In this document: one piece after another, positions 1-11,388 of the stretch | How the letters are laid out: the number at the start of each line of letters is the position of its first letter | How positions within the stretch are numbered: position 1 is the first letter of the stretch | NCBI GenBank assembly: GCA_032718475.1 | Contig: JAUCBJ010002424.1 | Coordinates: forward strand, 1 to 49,333 | DNA length: 49,333 bases | Source of the DNA: Nemertoderma westbladi | Taxonomy: Eukaryota > Animalia > Xenacoelomorpha | Direction of reading: 5' to 3' | The notes under the pieces: generated by a model | Database searches by the model: none | What the model was told of the DNA's origin: nothing | What the model saw: only the letters and a program-made list of their open reading frames with translations | Program-made: the position numbers and the translations under genes

Positions 1-2951
1 ATATTTAATTGTCTGTATAGTGGTGGTGCATGTTTCCGGTAGTGACTGAAGGTAATTGCTCTAATTAATTTGTTTATTTTAGTTTTAATCGGATTAATAT
101 GAACATGTTTAGCAGTTCCCCAGATCACTATACCGTACGTAATATATGGTTGTATCAAAGCGTAGTAAAGTAATTTCATAATGCCTAATGGTAGGATGTG
201 ACGTAACTTGAAGAATATACCTATAGATTTTGAGATTTTTTTTAGTACATACGCGCAGTGATTTTTCCATGTAAGTTTGTTATCTATCCATATTCCTAAA
301 AATTTTGTTTGAGTTACTTTCTTGATTGGTAAGTTTTGCATATTTATATTGTTATTTATAGGTTCCTTTTTAAATGTAAAAATTAGGTGTTCTGTTTTTT
401 TAAGGTTTAAAGAGAGCTGATTGTCAGTAAGCCATTGTTCGACCTTTTGGAGTTCTGTGTTTACAGTGTCAGTCAGTATGGTCGGGTCTGTATGGCTGTA
501 AAGTAGGTTAGTGTCGTCTGCGAATAGGGTTGCTAGTAGTGTTGTACAATTGGGTAGGTCGTTAATGTAAAGTAGGAATAAAGTGGCGCTCAGTATTGCT
601 CCTTGTGGGGTTCCACAGGGAGACAGTATCGGTTCTGATTTTGTGTTGCCTATTGAAACAAAATGTGTGCGGTTATTTAAGAAACTGGATATTAGTTTAT
701 GAGGGAGACCCCGTATACCGTAGCATTCTAGCTTATTTAGAAGTATTTTATGTTGTAAAGTATCGAAGGCCTTTTTAAGATCTATAGAGATTAGGCATGC
801 TGAGTCTTGGGAGTCCAGTATTTGTTGTAGTCTTTCAGTAACTGTGAGTATGGCGTCTGTGGTTGTTGAGTGCGTTCGGAATCCGTATTGACAGTCTGAT
901 AGTATAGAGTATTTGTTTAGATATGATAGTAATTGTGAGTTTATGACGCGTTCAAATAGTTTACTAAATAGCGGTAGTATTGAGATTGGTCTATAGTTAT
1001 TTTTATCAGTAGGGTCGCCAGATTTAAAGACAGGGGTAATTTTTGCTGACTTGAGAGTAGAAGGGAAGAAACCGTTTTTAATGGAGAGATTAATTAAGTA
1101 AGTAAGGTGAGGGGCGATGTCATATGCAGCTAATTTAACTATTTTTATAGGGAAACTGTCGTTTGTAGAGCAGGAGTTGTTAAGATCCAGTATGTTATAA
1201 ATAGTTTCTGTGGTAGATGTTTCAATAAGACTGAGAGAGTTCGGTTTTCGGTGATTAATAAAGCGTGTGGGGTTTCTGTTTGTAGTCGGTATGTTTTGAG
1301 CTAAGCGTGGTCCAATAGTGGAGAAGTGGTTGTTAAAAACACTGCAAATCTCCTCTGGGTCAGTAGTTTCAATCTCCCTTCCATTTTTTGATACCGTAAT
1401 TTTTTTTGGTGATGATTTTAATTTTGTTTTTTTTAAAGCCATATTTATAGTTTGCCACGTTTTCCGGGTGTTATTTTTATTTTTATCGAATTGCTTTTTA
1501 AAGTATAATTTTTCAGCTAGTTTTAAAAGTTTAGTTAGTTTATTTCGATATTTTTTGTATTCATTTAACTTGACATCTGTCATATTTTTTGATAGCGCGG
1601 CATACATTTTATTTTTATTTAACGTTGATTTTATTAGTCCATCGGTCATCCACGGTTTTCTTGGAATTTCTTTTTTTTGTAGTTCTTTTTTTGGTAGATG
1701 GGTGTTTGAAATTAATTCAAAATTTTTATAAAACTCGTCAAATTTATTTTCGGTTGTAAGATTTTTATTTGTGTATGTCCAAGTGTTAGGGTTTTGTAAA
1801 TCTCTTAAAAAGGTTTCTTTGTTAAATTTCGAATAGTCAAATACGTAGAGTTTGTCTGGCTGGTTAAAGAAACATGAGTAATTTTGGATTATAACAAATG
1901 AGGATAAATGATCGGTTGTTCCTACTTCCGTTAAAAATACACCCGGTGTTAACATTCTATCATGTATATTAGTTGTTATATGATCTATAAGTGTTTTGGA
2001 ATGTGGGGTGATTCTCGTTGGTACCTTAATGAGTTGTTCGAAAGAGTTTGATTCTAAAGTTTGCAAATAATTTGTAGAGTTATTGGTATTTTTTAGTAGG
2101 TCTATATTAAAATCTCCCGTTAGTATGATGTCAACATTTTCATTGGATAAATTGAAAAGAGTATTATTTAGATTTTCAAGGAAACTGTGTAGATCACAGG
2201 AATCAGGGCGGTATATAGTACCTATTATTAGTGGTTTTTTATTTTTTTTATTTTTTGATCTTGAAATTCTAACCCAGGAAGATTCACAATGTTCGATTTT
2301 AATATCGCTTAGGTGGGTGAAGTCTAGCCCATGTTTGATGTAAATGGCTGTCCCTCCCCTGTCCCGTTTCCCGTATTGTCTGTTTGTTATTGTCGGCTGT
2401 GAGTATCCTGCTATGTTTATCATCGTAAGGTTAGTATTGTCTGTTAGAAAAGTTTCTGTAAATGTAAGTACGTCAAACTGTTTGTTTAGTAAATCAAGGT
2501 AGTCAGTTGTTGCGCTAAGGTTTTTATTTAAGCTCCTACAGTTTAGGTGGTATACTGAGAATGATGAATAATTATTTGGAATGTTATTAAATTTTTGCTC
2601 AGAGAAGTATTTACCGTCAGTATTGTTAGAGTTCAAATTTTGGTCAGGATCTACGTTTTGAAATGTGGCGTTTGCATCAGTATAATTGTCTGGTAGGAGA
2701 GAGTTGTCATTGTTAGTGTTATTGTAAAATATATCAGTGTCATTGTCTGGAACTAGAGTAAACGGAAATGTTTCAAAATTGCAAAAGGTACAGTAGATGT
2801 AATTTTCGGTAGTAGTTATGTAAACGTTATCTAGATGGGTCCCACATGGTATGTGGTAAAGTTTCTTACAGATATTACAGGTAAATCTCGGTTCTGAATT
2901 GGACATCGGGGTAAAGCAGAATTCACATGTAGATTGGCTGGCTAGGCCCAT
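1..2951 (-). CDS. LINE ORF2: PHD finger + apurinic endonuclease + reverse transcriptase (partial, runs off window start)
   Basis: Manual translation from ATG at 2951: MGLASQSTCEFC...CNICKKLYHIPC...CTFC (PHD). APE motifs: YHLNCRSL, FTETFL, GDFNID, IDHI, TDHL. RT motifs: YRPISILPLFSKLFE, QYGFR, DLKKAFDT, GTPQG, FADDT. The FADD codon (524) is in frame with the ATG. The ORF is missing from the track, consistent with no stop before the window edge. Confidence 0.93.
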   Translation of the reverse strand, partial: MGLASQSTCEFCFTPMSNSEPRFTCNICKKLYHIPCGTHLDNVYITTTENYIYCTFCNFETFPFTLVPDNDTDIFYNNTNNDNSLLPDNYTDANATFQNVDPDQNLNSNNTDGKYFSEQKFNNIPNNYSSFSVYHLNCRSLNKNLSATTDYLDLLNKQFDVLTFTETFLTDNTNLTMINIAGYSQPTITNRQYGKRDRGGTAIYIKHGLDFTHLSDIKIEHCESSWVRISRSKNKKNKKPLIIGTIYRPDSCDLHSFLENLNNTLFNLSNENVDIILTGDFNIDLLKNTNNSTNYLQTLESNSFEQLIKVPTRITPHSKTLIDHITTNIHDRMLTPGVFLTEVGTTDHLSSFVIIQNYSCFFNQPDKLYVFDYSKFNKETFLRDLQNPNTWTYTNKNLTTENKFDEFYKNFELISNTHLPKKELQKKEIPRKPWMTDGLIKSTLNKNKMYAALSKNMTDVKLNEYKKYRNKLTKLLKLAEKLYFKKQFDKNKNNTRKTWQTINMALKKTKLKSSPKKITVSKNGREIETTDPEEICSVFNNHFSTIGPRLAQNIPTTNRNPTRFINHRKPNSLSLIETSTTETIYNILDLNNSCSTNDSFPIKIVKLAAYDIAPHLTYLINLSIKNGFFPSTLKSAKITPVFKSGDPTDKNNYRPISILPLFSKLFERVINSQLLSYLNKYSILSDCQYGFRTHSTTTDAILTVTERLQQILDSQDSACLISIDLKKAFDTLQHKILLNKLECYGIRGLPHKLISSFLNNRTHFVSIGNTKSEPILSPCGTPQGAILSATLFLLYINDLPNCTTLLATLFADDTNLLYSHTDPTILTDTVNTELQKVEQWLTDNQLSLNLKKTEHLIFTFKKEPINNNINMQNLPIKKVTQTKFLGIWIDNKLTWKNHCAYVLKKISKSIGIFFKLRHILPLGIMKLLYYALIQPYITYGIVIWGTAKHVHINPIKTKINKLIRAITFSHYRKHAPPLYRQLN

Positions 2952-3450
2952 GGGGTGGTGGTGGGGGGTGGGGGGGGGGGGGGGGGGGGGGGTTGGTAGT
3001 ATTTAAATCTATATATATATACGAAATATGAAACTCACTAAAATGCTCACATTGTGCTTCTACTCTTACAACAAGACTACATCGTTAATAACTGTGAAAA
3101 AAAATATAACTAACTCTAACTAGATATCATAGTTAGTTTGTTTTGTTTATACGTGAAGATAATAAACAAAAAAAAAGAAAAACACATAATATCGTATTTG
3201 TATCGCATATAGATTGACATATGTGGGTTGGACTATATGTACCAATGTAAATGTACCCGCATTATATCGAGTAGCGAGTAGCGTACTAATGGAGACTCCT
3301 AGAAACTAAGATAATAATTTCCCACAACCTAGCTAATATATAGACAAGACTGAATGCATATCGCATTATATTGTAAGGTAATAATTTCATAAAAAACTGA
3401 CTATAAACAAGACTGCATATATATCGCATAATGCAATGTTTTTTTAGATT

Positions 3451-3542
3451 TTTTATATAGGATCGCATATATATATTTTATATAGGATCGCATATATATA
3501 TTTTATATAGGATCGCATATATATATTTTATATAGGATCGCA
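3451..3542. repeat. 25-bp tandem repeat (~3.7 copies) in the LINE inter-ORF spacer
   Basis: ttttatataggatcgcatatatata recurs at 3451, 3476, 3501 and 3526. Confidence 0.9.
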
Positions 3543-3647
3543 AAATGGCATATATATAGCATAGTCTAATAATAGGTAGATCTTTCTTACATATGTATGT
3601 TCTGTTCCTATAATCCTGTAATCAAATCGGAGTAAAGAGCTGTATTT

Positions 3648-4400
3648 TTATGGGTGAGGTGTACCGGTGCTGGATTCCATCTCGAAGTTTACTTTCGTTG
3701 CCAGATTGGTTACATCTTTGAAATCGTAAATTGCGATCACCGCTCCTTCTTCTTTAAGCTTAACTACTACGGTGCCATTGCGGGTGTACGCGGAATGGAT
3801 GCGTTTAGCTTTCTTTATGCGAACCACGTTGCGAAGTAACTCCGCGCGGCGCGCAGTTAGATGTTCAGTGACAAATGTGTTTTTGGGAAGATTATCTTTG
3901 TTCTTTAACACAGTGAGACGTTTATTGCGTGAAATGAAACGCACTACGAGTGGCCGAGTAGGTTTAGATGCTTCTTTATCTCCCGAGATTTTCTTCCTTG
4001 GCAGCCGATGATATATATCAATATCGGAATCGCGGATACCTACAGCATTGAAAGCGTCGGATACGTCTTTATCGTTGTCTGGAATGTTATGGAACAGTAG
4101 GTTGTAGCCTCTCGAGTACTGTTCATGGTCGTCAAGTCTTACCTCGATTTCTCGGTATTTATGGGTTAGGTAGTCGACAGATTTCGCTAGGTTGTCCAAG
4201 CGTGGTTTAATTTTGTTAGCTTCCGCATTACTTAATTTAATCGTAGCGATGTCGGCTTTCATGTCTGATATGTCGTTGGATAGTTTCCTGATTAGGTGGC
4301 ACATCTCTTCTTGTTCATCACCGCTGAGCGTGGTATCGCTTTCGAGACTGTTGTAAGTATTGGACTTTGTGATGCTCTGCTTGTTTTTCTTTGGACCCAT
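3648..4400 (-). CDS. LINE ORF1 protein (coiled coil + RRM-like, L1/Transposase_22-like)
   Basis: 250 aa with a coiled-coil segment ending LDDHEQYSRGYNLLFHNIP, then IDIYHRL, RPLVVRF, FVTEHLT and AYTRNGTVVVK, which are typical LINE ORF1 motifs. It lies upstream of ORF2. Confidence 0.88.
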   Translation of the reverse strand: MGPKKNKQSITKSNTYNSLESDTTLSGDEQEEMCHLIRKLSNDISDMKADIATIKLSNAEANKIKPRLDNLAKSVDYLTHKYREIEVRLDDHEQYSRGYNLLFHNIPDNDKDVSDAFNAVGIRDSDIDIYHRLPRKKISGDKEASKPTRPLVVRFISRNKRLTVLKNKDNLPKNTFVTEHLTARRAELLRNVVRIKKAKRIHSAYTRNGTVVVKLKEEGAVIAIYDFKDVTNLATKVNFEMESSTGTPHP

Positions 4401-5669
4401 TTTGATTACCGTAATTTTCGTGAAGAAATGTGATCAAGATAATCGAGATAGAGTTAATTAAGTAGGCTGTATTATTTCTGTATTTGTCACGATGCAGACT
4501 GCTGTATCATAGAAGCACAAAACAGTAGGCCTACATTGCTGTACTGTTGTACTTTTTCAACAAAAAATGCACAACGAGCAACAATCATGCACAACGAGCA
4601 ACAATATTACAGAAACCATATTACAGAAACTCTGATTTGAAACCAGGAACTCAAATTCATAATCACTACCAGTTGACTGTTATTTTTTAAATAAAAGGTC
4701 CGTTCCTTATCGGGCCTCTAGGTCCGTCATCAGTTCACATCTGTAAATTAATTCATTGGGTGGATCACTTTCTATACATCGGTATTTTCAAGTATGTTAC
4801 TTAGCTGGCAGCAGCCTCGTTACTTTTTTGTGATTGATTGATGAAGTCACTCTTTGGAAGAACTTGTGTAATTGACCATGCTGATTTAATTGTTTTGCCA
4901 TACGCCACGTATGTGTACGTCATGATTAAACTTTTTGTTGATGGATTTCTCTGTAAAGGGCTTCGTGTTTCTTCCCTTTCTTCCACATTAACAGTAAATG
5001 ACGAAGTAATTTGGGGAAATAATTTAATTTTTGTAATTTCAGGTAATCGCTTTGGTTTAATGAATATTTAATAATATTGCTACCAGGGGATTATGATTAG
5101 CTTAGATTAAATTTACTGTCACACACCTGACAAGCTCCTATTTATCGTTATGTTTCTGGTGTAAGTTCCACCCATAAACATCTCATAAGTTATTGTATTA
5201 CTCGAATCATCATTACAGAAAAGGTCTTTCGCGCATTGTCTCTATCACTAGATTTCATTTTGAATCTCTCAAATATCGTATCCCCTGTACTGGTTTACAT
5301 TGGACCACTACATCCAACAGTTATCCTTGTATTTGTCAGAATCTTTCTGGAATGGTGTAAAGGTACATATTGTTGATGTAATAAAGCCAAGGCCATCTAA
5401 AGAACAGACCTGGCAACAATGCAGGGCTACTTGAAGGCCTCCAGTTATTTCTGGAAGCCTACTGGAAACAGTGTTTGCTCTAACATAGTAACTTTTATCG
5501 TTTTTGTTGTTGATGCTTTTCGGGTTATACAACACATTTAGACTTTTCATCATCATTTAAAATATAATTTTTACACAATGTTTGAATGGTAATTCGTAAA
5601 GTAACACGAGTTTAGAGACTAGTTGATACACGACGGATACAATCAGTCCTTTGTCACTATCTTAAAATG

Positions 5670-5865
5670 GTACAGGTTTTTCTACAGATAAAACGGATTT
5701 ATTTAAGACATTGTGGGTGGATTCTTCTGAAATAGTTTGTATTCAAGAACATTTTATTTTTAAAGAAAATTTGTACAGAATCCGTAAATAATTTCCTAGT
5801 TTTAAGTGTATTGTATTATTCAGTCAGCTGTCTACGCTAATTATGAAATTAGAGCCGGTAGTCAA
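5670..5865 (+). pseudogene. Degraded fragment resembling the N-terminus of a LINE APE endonuclease
   Basis: Translates as GFSTDKTDLFKTLWVDSSEIVCIQEHFIFKENLYRIRK*, similar to the 'D-I-x-C-L-Q-E-H' APE motif, with an in-frame stop. Confidence 0.45.
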
Positions 5866-6714
5866 ATCACAATAATTAAAACAAACTCCCTTCGTTTACG
5901 GCCAGCGTTTACGCTACTTTTCGGTGCAAGTTCATTTTCACAAAATTTCGTCTCATAGTTGTGATGCCCCATCCTTGATCTATTATATATGTAAAATAAA
6001 ATTGTTCTGACCTATCACGTAGAATATCATTTTAGGTACTTATATTCCAAATTATAGCCAAAACCAAACAATTTTGAAACGCTGGGAGTGATGTATCGAG
6101 GAGTTGTTCAAAAATGGTGTACCCCTCCCCCACCCCTAAACACGGTACTTTTTTGTGACTTGTATCTGATGTTAGACAGCCATAAGTGGTATTTTTTTGT
6201 AACCTGGTTGTTTTCCTCCTCAAATTACATTATTTTTTATATTTGAGCATTAATAATAATAATTGCCTATATATTATTGGTTTTGAAAACATTTTTCCGA
6301 AAATAAGTGGGGTTTGTGGGAATTGTTTACCTTCAGGGGACCTATTTGGTTCCTTTCGGGGGGTGGCGGCAGACCCTAACGCCGGCCCCGGTGATTCCAT
6401 ACAATTTGGTATAGTTTATATGTACAAAGCCATCCCATCGCTCAATACACAATCGTTCTGACGTCACTACTCGTCCGTTATAACCCGACGACCGGCCACT
6501 CAGCAGGGAGTGCCATCGAACGACGAGTTGGGATGATTACTTTTTATTCTTACAAGTGTAACGGATCAATTCGAAATCCTGTGCCGTTAAGGTTAACAAA
6601 ACGATTAACTTTTATAAAAGCTTGAAATGTATAAGCAAGGCTGTTATTAACAAGCAGACACGCGATTGGCTCAAGTTTCTAATGCTGCTTCCCAGTGATT
6701 AGTTGACACGCTTC

Positions 6715-6900
6715 CATTCACACCTCCATCTCCCTGTGGGATTTCATTCAATTCGACATTTTCTGGCTCGATCTCTTGAGAAAGCCGCCTGTATTGGGCG
6801 AAGCAACGAATCAGCTGACTACCGTTAACTAAATGGGCCTACTGATTGGGCGAAGCAACGAATCAGCTGACTACCTTTAACTAAATGGGCCTACTGATTG
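6715..6900. repeat. Diverged half-copy of the 40025-40319 hairpin family, with an internal 52-bp tandem duplication (6793-6900)
   Basis: ctggctcgatctcttgagaaagcc...ggcgaagc...tcagctgactaccgttaact...tgattg parallels ctggcttggtctcctgagattgcc...ggcgaaac...tcagctggctgccgtcagct...tgattg. attgggcgaagc starts at both 6793 and 6845. Confidence 0.6.
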
Positions 6901-8328
6901 CAAGATACGTCTACTTTAAGTCACGATAAGGATTTTAATTAACTTCCTCGAATATTGAAATGACATTAAATTAAACTATAGCTATTAATATTTTGTTACA
7001 TTTAGTAATAATTAACGAAATTAATTTGCACCACATTCAACAATTTAAATTTATTTAACTAATTTATAATTGTAACTACACTTACACTTGTATATACATA
7101 TGTATTGCATTACCGATTCTTTACATTTATGAAAAAACGCAGTAATGCACTGATAACAGTTTAACTGTATTGCGATATGAAATAACCCTTTTCATTAAAT
7201 TAAATCGGTTTTATTGAATGCAATACAAGATTCTCATCAGTCTTCAGTCCTCCTGATAAGAACTAGATGGAAACAGCATGGAAATGTTTAATTTGTTGTT
7301 ATAACAGTTAATTGTTTCAGTTTATCAGTCTGCACTGCACATATCGGTAAGGAATAAACGAACGTAAGTGAAAATAAAGTTACGAAAAAAGTTTTGGAAA
7401 CTTTGAGGCGAGCCGCTTTACACCAAAATTGTAATACGACTGTACTCATTTATCGACCTACTAAAAATAATTTTTCACTAAATTTTAACAAAAATCATAA
7501 AATATGCATTTTCCTTTTTCAATAAATTCATATTCAGTTAAAGTCATTAATTATCACTAAAATCTATTAATCATCACTAAGTATTGGATATGGGAAAAGA
7601 AAAGGTTGCAGTTGTTTTTAAAAACTGATATCATGAATTAATATCTAATAAATTGACCTTTACTGTGCGTTAGCGCCTAACCGACGATCAACATGTATAA
7701 TACGATCTATATTACAGTTATTCTTTATGTTACAATAATCGAAATTTAATAGAACATGTTATAGCTATTATTTTTGATGCTAAGAAATGCATTTTAGTGA
7801 TAGTTAATATATTTTAGTAGATGAATGCATATTTTAGTGAAAAAAAAAATATAGTAGAAAAACTATTTAATTTAGTGGAAAAGGCAATTGTTTTAGAGAC
7901 CGAAATATTAATGCGATTAAAACTGCATAGGAAACCTTTAAATCCAAATCCAAAAATATACAAAAAAAAAACCGGCAAGTGTAAAAGTAGCCTTATATCG
8001 AAACTCGTTACGGTAGGTTACGGAAAATGAGGGGCCTTTAAGTAAAGTTGAGATGTTTGAATATTAAACTATTCATTGCAGTAAAAACTAATATCGCTTT
8101 ATTTCTCGCTCATACAGAAATGTATAATTTGAGGAGTTAGCTTTACCGAACGGGATAAATTATTTATCAAGGAAATAAAGCTATTTATTTGTCATAAAAA
8201 AATAAGTAATCTGATTCTTATACTGTAGTGCCTTCAATCCTGTCGTATTTGGAGTTCACTGATTATTTATCTAAAAAAATATAATTGGATAAATCGATTG
8301 TATTGATTTATTTGTTATATTGAAGTGA

Positions 8329-8425
8329 TTTAACCATTGGTTTAGGTTTTTAACCACTGGTTTTGGTTTTTAATCACTGGTTTTAGAATTTAACCACTGG
8401 TTTTGGAATTTAACCACTGGTTTTA
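8329..8425. repeat. ~21-bp tandem repeat (ttaaccactggtttt...), 4-5 copies, downstream of the LRR-ARH stop
   Basis: ttaacca(c/t)tggttt recurs with a ~21-bp period. Confidence 0.8.
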
Positions 8426-8679
8426 ATTTTGAATCACGAATAATGACAAAATAATAGCAAAAGTGAAATCTTACAATCAACAAAATGTTAGCTACAAACA
8501 AATAATAGCTAGCAAACCACAATATAAAGGTGTCTGTATCTTTTCATCTGTAAAATATTAGGTCTACTGTCCTGTACTTTATATCCATAGTGTTATGATC
8601 AATATTAACAAAATATACTGTAGGTTCAATGCACTACTTGTTTTTTCATATGCATCATTTTATGTTCTTAAAGTAATTT

Positions 8680-10572
8680 TCACGGTAATGCCATTAGGTC
8701 AAGCAGCTGGTTAATCCGTAGGTCTAACCAATCGACCTCTCTAGTTGGCAACTGTAGCAGCCACCCGCGGGGCAGTCTACTGTATCCCGCCTTGCAACCA
8801 GCAACCGCCCCAGCCACCATACAATTCATTCTACTGCTCCCCCCTAAAAGGGCCAATTCTATAAGTAAAGTCTCGAAGTCCCGGTTATCTCTCATAGCAA
8901 CGACAGCGCAAGCTAAAGCTTTAGTTGCCATGGCTTGCTTCCCTGCTTCCCATGGTTGAATGCTGTCGAAATGATGGAAATTAAAGCATTTCATATAATC
9001 GTCGTACATGGCTGGGTTTGGCCCTAATCTCTTCCAACCTATCTCCAACGATTTTTTCAAGACGCCTTCGATGTAGCCTTTCTCCCTGGGGTTACCGCGA
9101 CCTTGTAGCAACATCGCCAACATAGTAGCCATAGCGACGCTGGCGGCACGACAACGGGGTTCACCATGAGTTGTCTGCGACAAACGCGATGCATTGGCAG
9201 AGACCTCGGAAAGCTTGTGAAAGTTCGGAACAGCTAAAGCGACTGCGGCGGAGAATACGAAGTTGCTACAAACGGTGAACTCCTTTCCATTCCAGTTTTT
9301 GAGATCCTGCCAGTAGTTAACGGCGGCGAGATGGGGATCCCGTATGAACTGGGGGTGGGCAATTAGTCGTGGGAGCGCGTCTTCTATCCCTACTCCAACC
9401 GTGTCGCTAAGTTCCGGGTATCCATGAGACATCCAGGTCCGTAGCCTCTTCGCAAAGTCCAACTCGTCGACTACGCCGCCCCATTGGAGCAGCGAGTCGA
9501 GACACACGACCATAATGTCGGTGTGGCAGGTCCACTCACCCGGACTCCATTGCGACCGGTAGTCGTCGCTTATTGCGTTGTTGAAGGTGAGTAAATCCCT
9601 CGGAGTGTAATGGAATTCCGTCTCATCTGTGGTCATTCCCTCGCAGAAGAGCCCAACTGCGTCCCCGATCGCAGCTCCATATAGCAGTCCCACAATCCTG
9701 TCCACTAATTCATCTTGGTTGAGTGACGTGTGTGCGCTGGACACCCGCAGCGGAGTCTTTAACCGGGAGGCGGTGTGCATCTGGAAGGTGGAATCCGAGT
9801 TATTGTAGTCCAGATTTATATTGGGTCCGGTACCGCCACCGATGTTCTCAGTTTCTATGCAGCCTTGAAGAACGCCGCTCTTCACCCGGTGGAACACATT
9901 GAAAGTTCGTGTGAAGTTCATTACGTTTCCATTAGGATTGGCGAATTGTTTACGACAAGAACTCAGATAATCTAAAATATGTTGGGTTCCTTTGTCGGCT
10001 ATATGTTGAGGGGGGTTTTCCAGTTGGTTTCCTGTGGCTAAAATTACTTTCATTTTCGTTTTACCTAAACTTAGCGGAAGCTCGATGAGATTATTGTTAC
10101 TAACATTGAATTTGTTTAAAAATTTGAGTTCTCCTATATTATCTGGAAGATATTCGAGTTGGTTGTTTGATATATCTAGTTTTGCTAATTCTGGTAATGT
10201 AGGCAAAGAATCGGGAAGTCTATCCAGTTTGTTATATGACACATCCAGAACCTCCAAATGGTAGAACAGACAGAAACTCTGGGGTAAAGAATATATGGAG
10301 TTGTGACTGAGGTTGATAGAGACTAGATGGGGAATTCGCATCGGTATCTCTACGGGGATGGAAGTTAAGCTATTGAAGGAAACATTGATTGAAGAATAAA
10401 GCCACACCGAGTCGACCAGTGTCCATGGCAACTGATGCATCGCGGATGGCAACGACTCACCCTTTCTGTGGCGTCGATATTTCTCCGGGCTCACTTTCAC
10501 ACTCAAGTCCAGATCCCGCCGCTCGTTGCCACCGTTTGGCGTAAAGTCTTGCACCTGCATCGCGTTACCCAT
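8680..10572 (-). CDS. Leucine-rich-repeat + ADP-ribosylglycohydrolase (ARH/DraG-fold) fusion protein, predicted catalytically degenerate
   Basis: 630-aa single ORF. It has ~6 LxxLxLxxNxLxxLP repeats capped by NQLENPP. The C-terminal part has ARH hallmarks: DRIVGLLYGAAIGDAVG, GEWT..TD, DFAKRLRTW...G, TTHGEPRC, LALLGG...NCMVAGAVAG...GYSRLPRGWL. Confidence 0.9.
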   Translation of the reverse strand: MGNAMQVQDFTPNGGNERRDLDLSVKVSPEKYRRHRKGESLPSAMHQLPWTLVDSVWLYSSINVSFNSLTSIPVEIPMRIPHLVSINLSHNSIYSLPQSFCLFYHLEVLDVSYNKLDRLPDSLPTLPELAKLDISNNQLEYLPDNIGELKFLNKFNVSNNNLIELPLSLGKTKMKVILATGNQLENPPQHIADKGTQHILDYLSSCRKQFANPNGNVMNFTRTFNVFHRVKSGVLQGCIETENIGGGTGPNINLDYNNSDSTFQMHTASRLKTPLRVSSAHTSLNQDELVDRIVGLLYGAAIGDAVGLFCEGMTTDETEFHYTPRDLLTFNNAISDDYRSQWSPGEWTCHTDIMVVCLDSLLQWGGVVDELDFAKRLRTWMSHGYPELSDTVGVGIEDALPRLIAHPQFIRDPHLAAVNYWQDLKNWNGKEFTVCSNFVFSAAVALAVPNFHKLSEVSANASRLSQTTHGEPRCRAASVAMATMLAMLLQGRGNPREKGYIEGVLKKSLEIGWKRLGPNPAMYDDYMKCFNFHHFDSIQPWEAGKQAMATKALACAVVAMRDNRDFETLLIELALLGGSSRMNCMVAGAVAGCKAGYSRLPRGWLLQLPTREVDWLDLRINQLLDLMALP

Positions 10573-10733
10573 GGCAACACGCAGTTGAAAGAATTAATTA
10601 CTTACTTTTGCGAATCATACCGGTACGTTTAATAATAATAAGCTGAATCAAAATAATATTATATATGATTTATTTATACAAATTATTTATTAAGAATTAA
10701 ATACATTATTGTAACTGTATAGTACGGTCTACT

Positions 10734-11388
10734 TACGGTGGCTGATTGCGGCCAATTATTTCCATTTTTAAAATTATTTTTCACCCGGGTGAAAAACATT
10801 TATCACCCGGGTGAAAAACATTTATCACCCGGGTGAAAAACATTTATCACCCGGGTGAAAAACATCTGAACTCTGAACACATGTAGTTAGTTTCCTTATA
10901 AATAATATCGAAAACTCATTTTGATCCAGATTCACTCTTGGCGAATTAATATCTCGACCAATCTTATTAATCCATTTAGGGAAAGGATCAGGTTACAATG
11001 GCATGTTATTCTAACAAAAACAATAAACAAAAGTCTATAGTTAAACATTTAAATATTTTTCACCCGGGTGATAAATGTTTTTCACCCGGGTGATAAATGT
11101 TTTTCACCCGGGTGATAAAAAGTGATAAATGTTTTTCACCCGGGTGATAAATGTTTTTCACCCGGGTGATGAAAAGTGATAAATGTTTTTCACCCGGGTG
11201 ATAAATGTTTTTCACCCGGGTGATAAATGTTTTTCACACGGGTGATAAATGTTTTTCTCCCGGGTGATAAAAAGTGATAAATGTTTTTCTCCCGGGTGAT
11301 AAATGTTTTTTACCCGCGTGATAAATGTTTTTTACCCGGGTGATAAACAAAAAAAAATGGAAATAATTGGCCGCAATCAGCCACCGTA
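10734..11388. mobile_element. Non-autonomous DNA transposon (IS3EU-like MITE), 655 bp
   Basis: TIRs tacggtggctgattgcggccaattatttccattttt / aaaaatggaaataattggccgcaatcagccaccgta. 6-bp TSD tctact at 10728-10733 and 11389-11394. TAY..RTA termini with a 6-bp TSD match the IS3EU superfamily. Subterminal 22-bp cacccgggtg arrays are present. Confidence 0.8.

Larger units (their letters stand above)
1..4620 (-). mobile_element. Non-LTR retrotransposon (LINE, CR1/L2 group), two ORFs; 3' end lies outside the window, 5' boundary approximate
   Basis: ORF1 (3648-4400) and ORF2 (2951 to window edge) lie on the same strand, separated by a ~700-bp AT-rich spacer. APE and RT motifs were read directly from the minus strand. 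Confidence 0.92.

Noticed and set aside
596-2343. Plus-strand ORFs over the LINE
   Set aside because: They are antisense shadows of ORF2. The same applies to ORFs antisense to ARAP, the LRR-ARH gene and the BEL polyprotein.
4695-4740. Second hammerhead on the minus strand (CTGATGA-cggacctagaggccc-GATA)
   Set aside because: GAAA is replaced, stem II is mismatched, and no stem I/III closure was found. A similar incomplete CTGATGA near 7235 was also rejected.
4801-5556. Two short minus-strand frames that both contain RLPEIT
   Set aside because: There is no recognisable domain or splice structure, and a 6-aa match alone is insufficient.
9960-10330. AT-rich LRR segment versus GC-richer ARH segment as evidence of horizontal transfer
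   Set aside because: It can be explained partly by Leu/Asn/Lys-rich composition, and it cannot be supported without a phylogeny.
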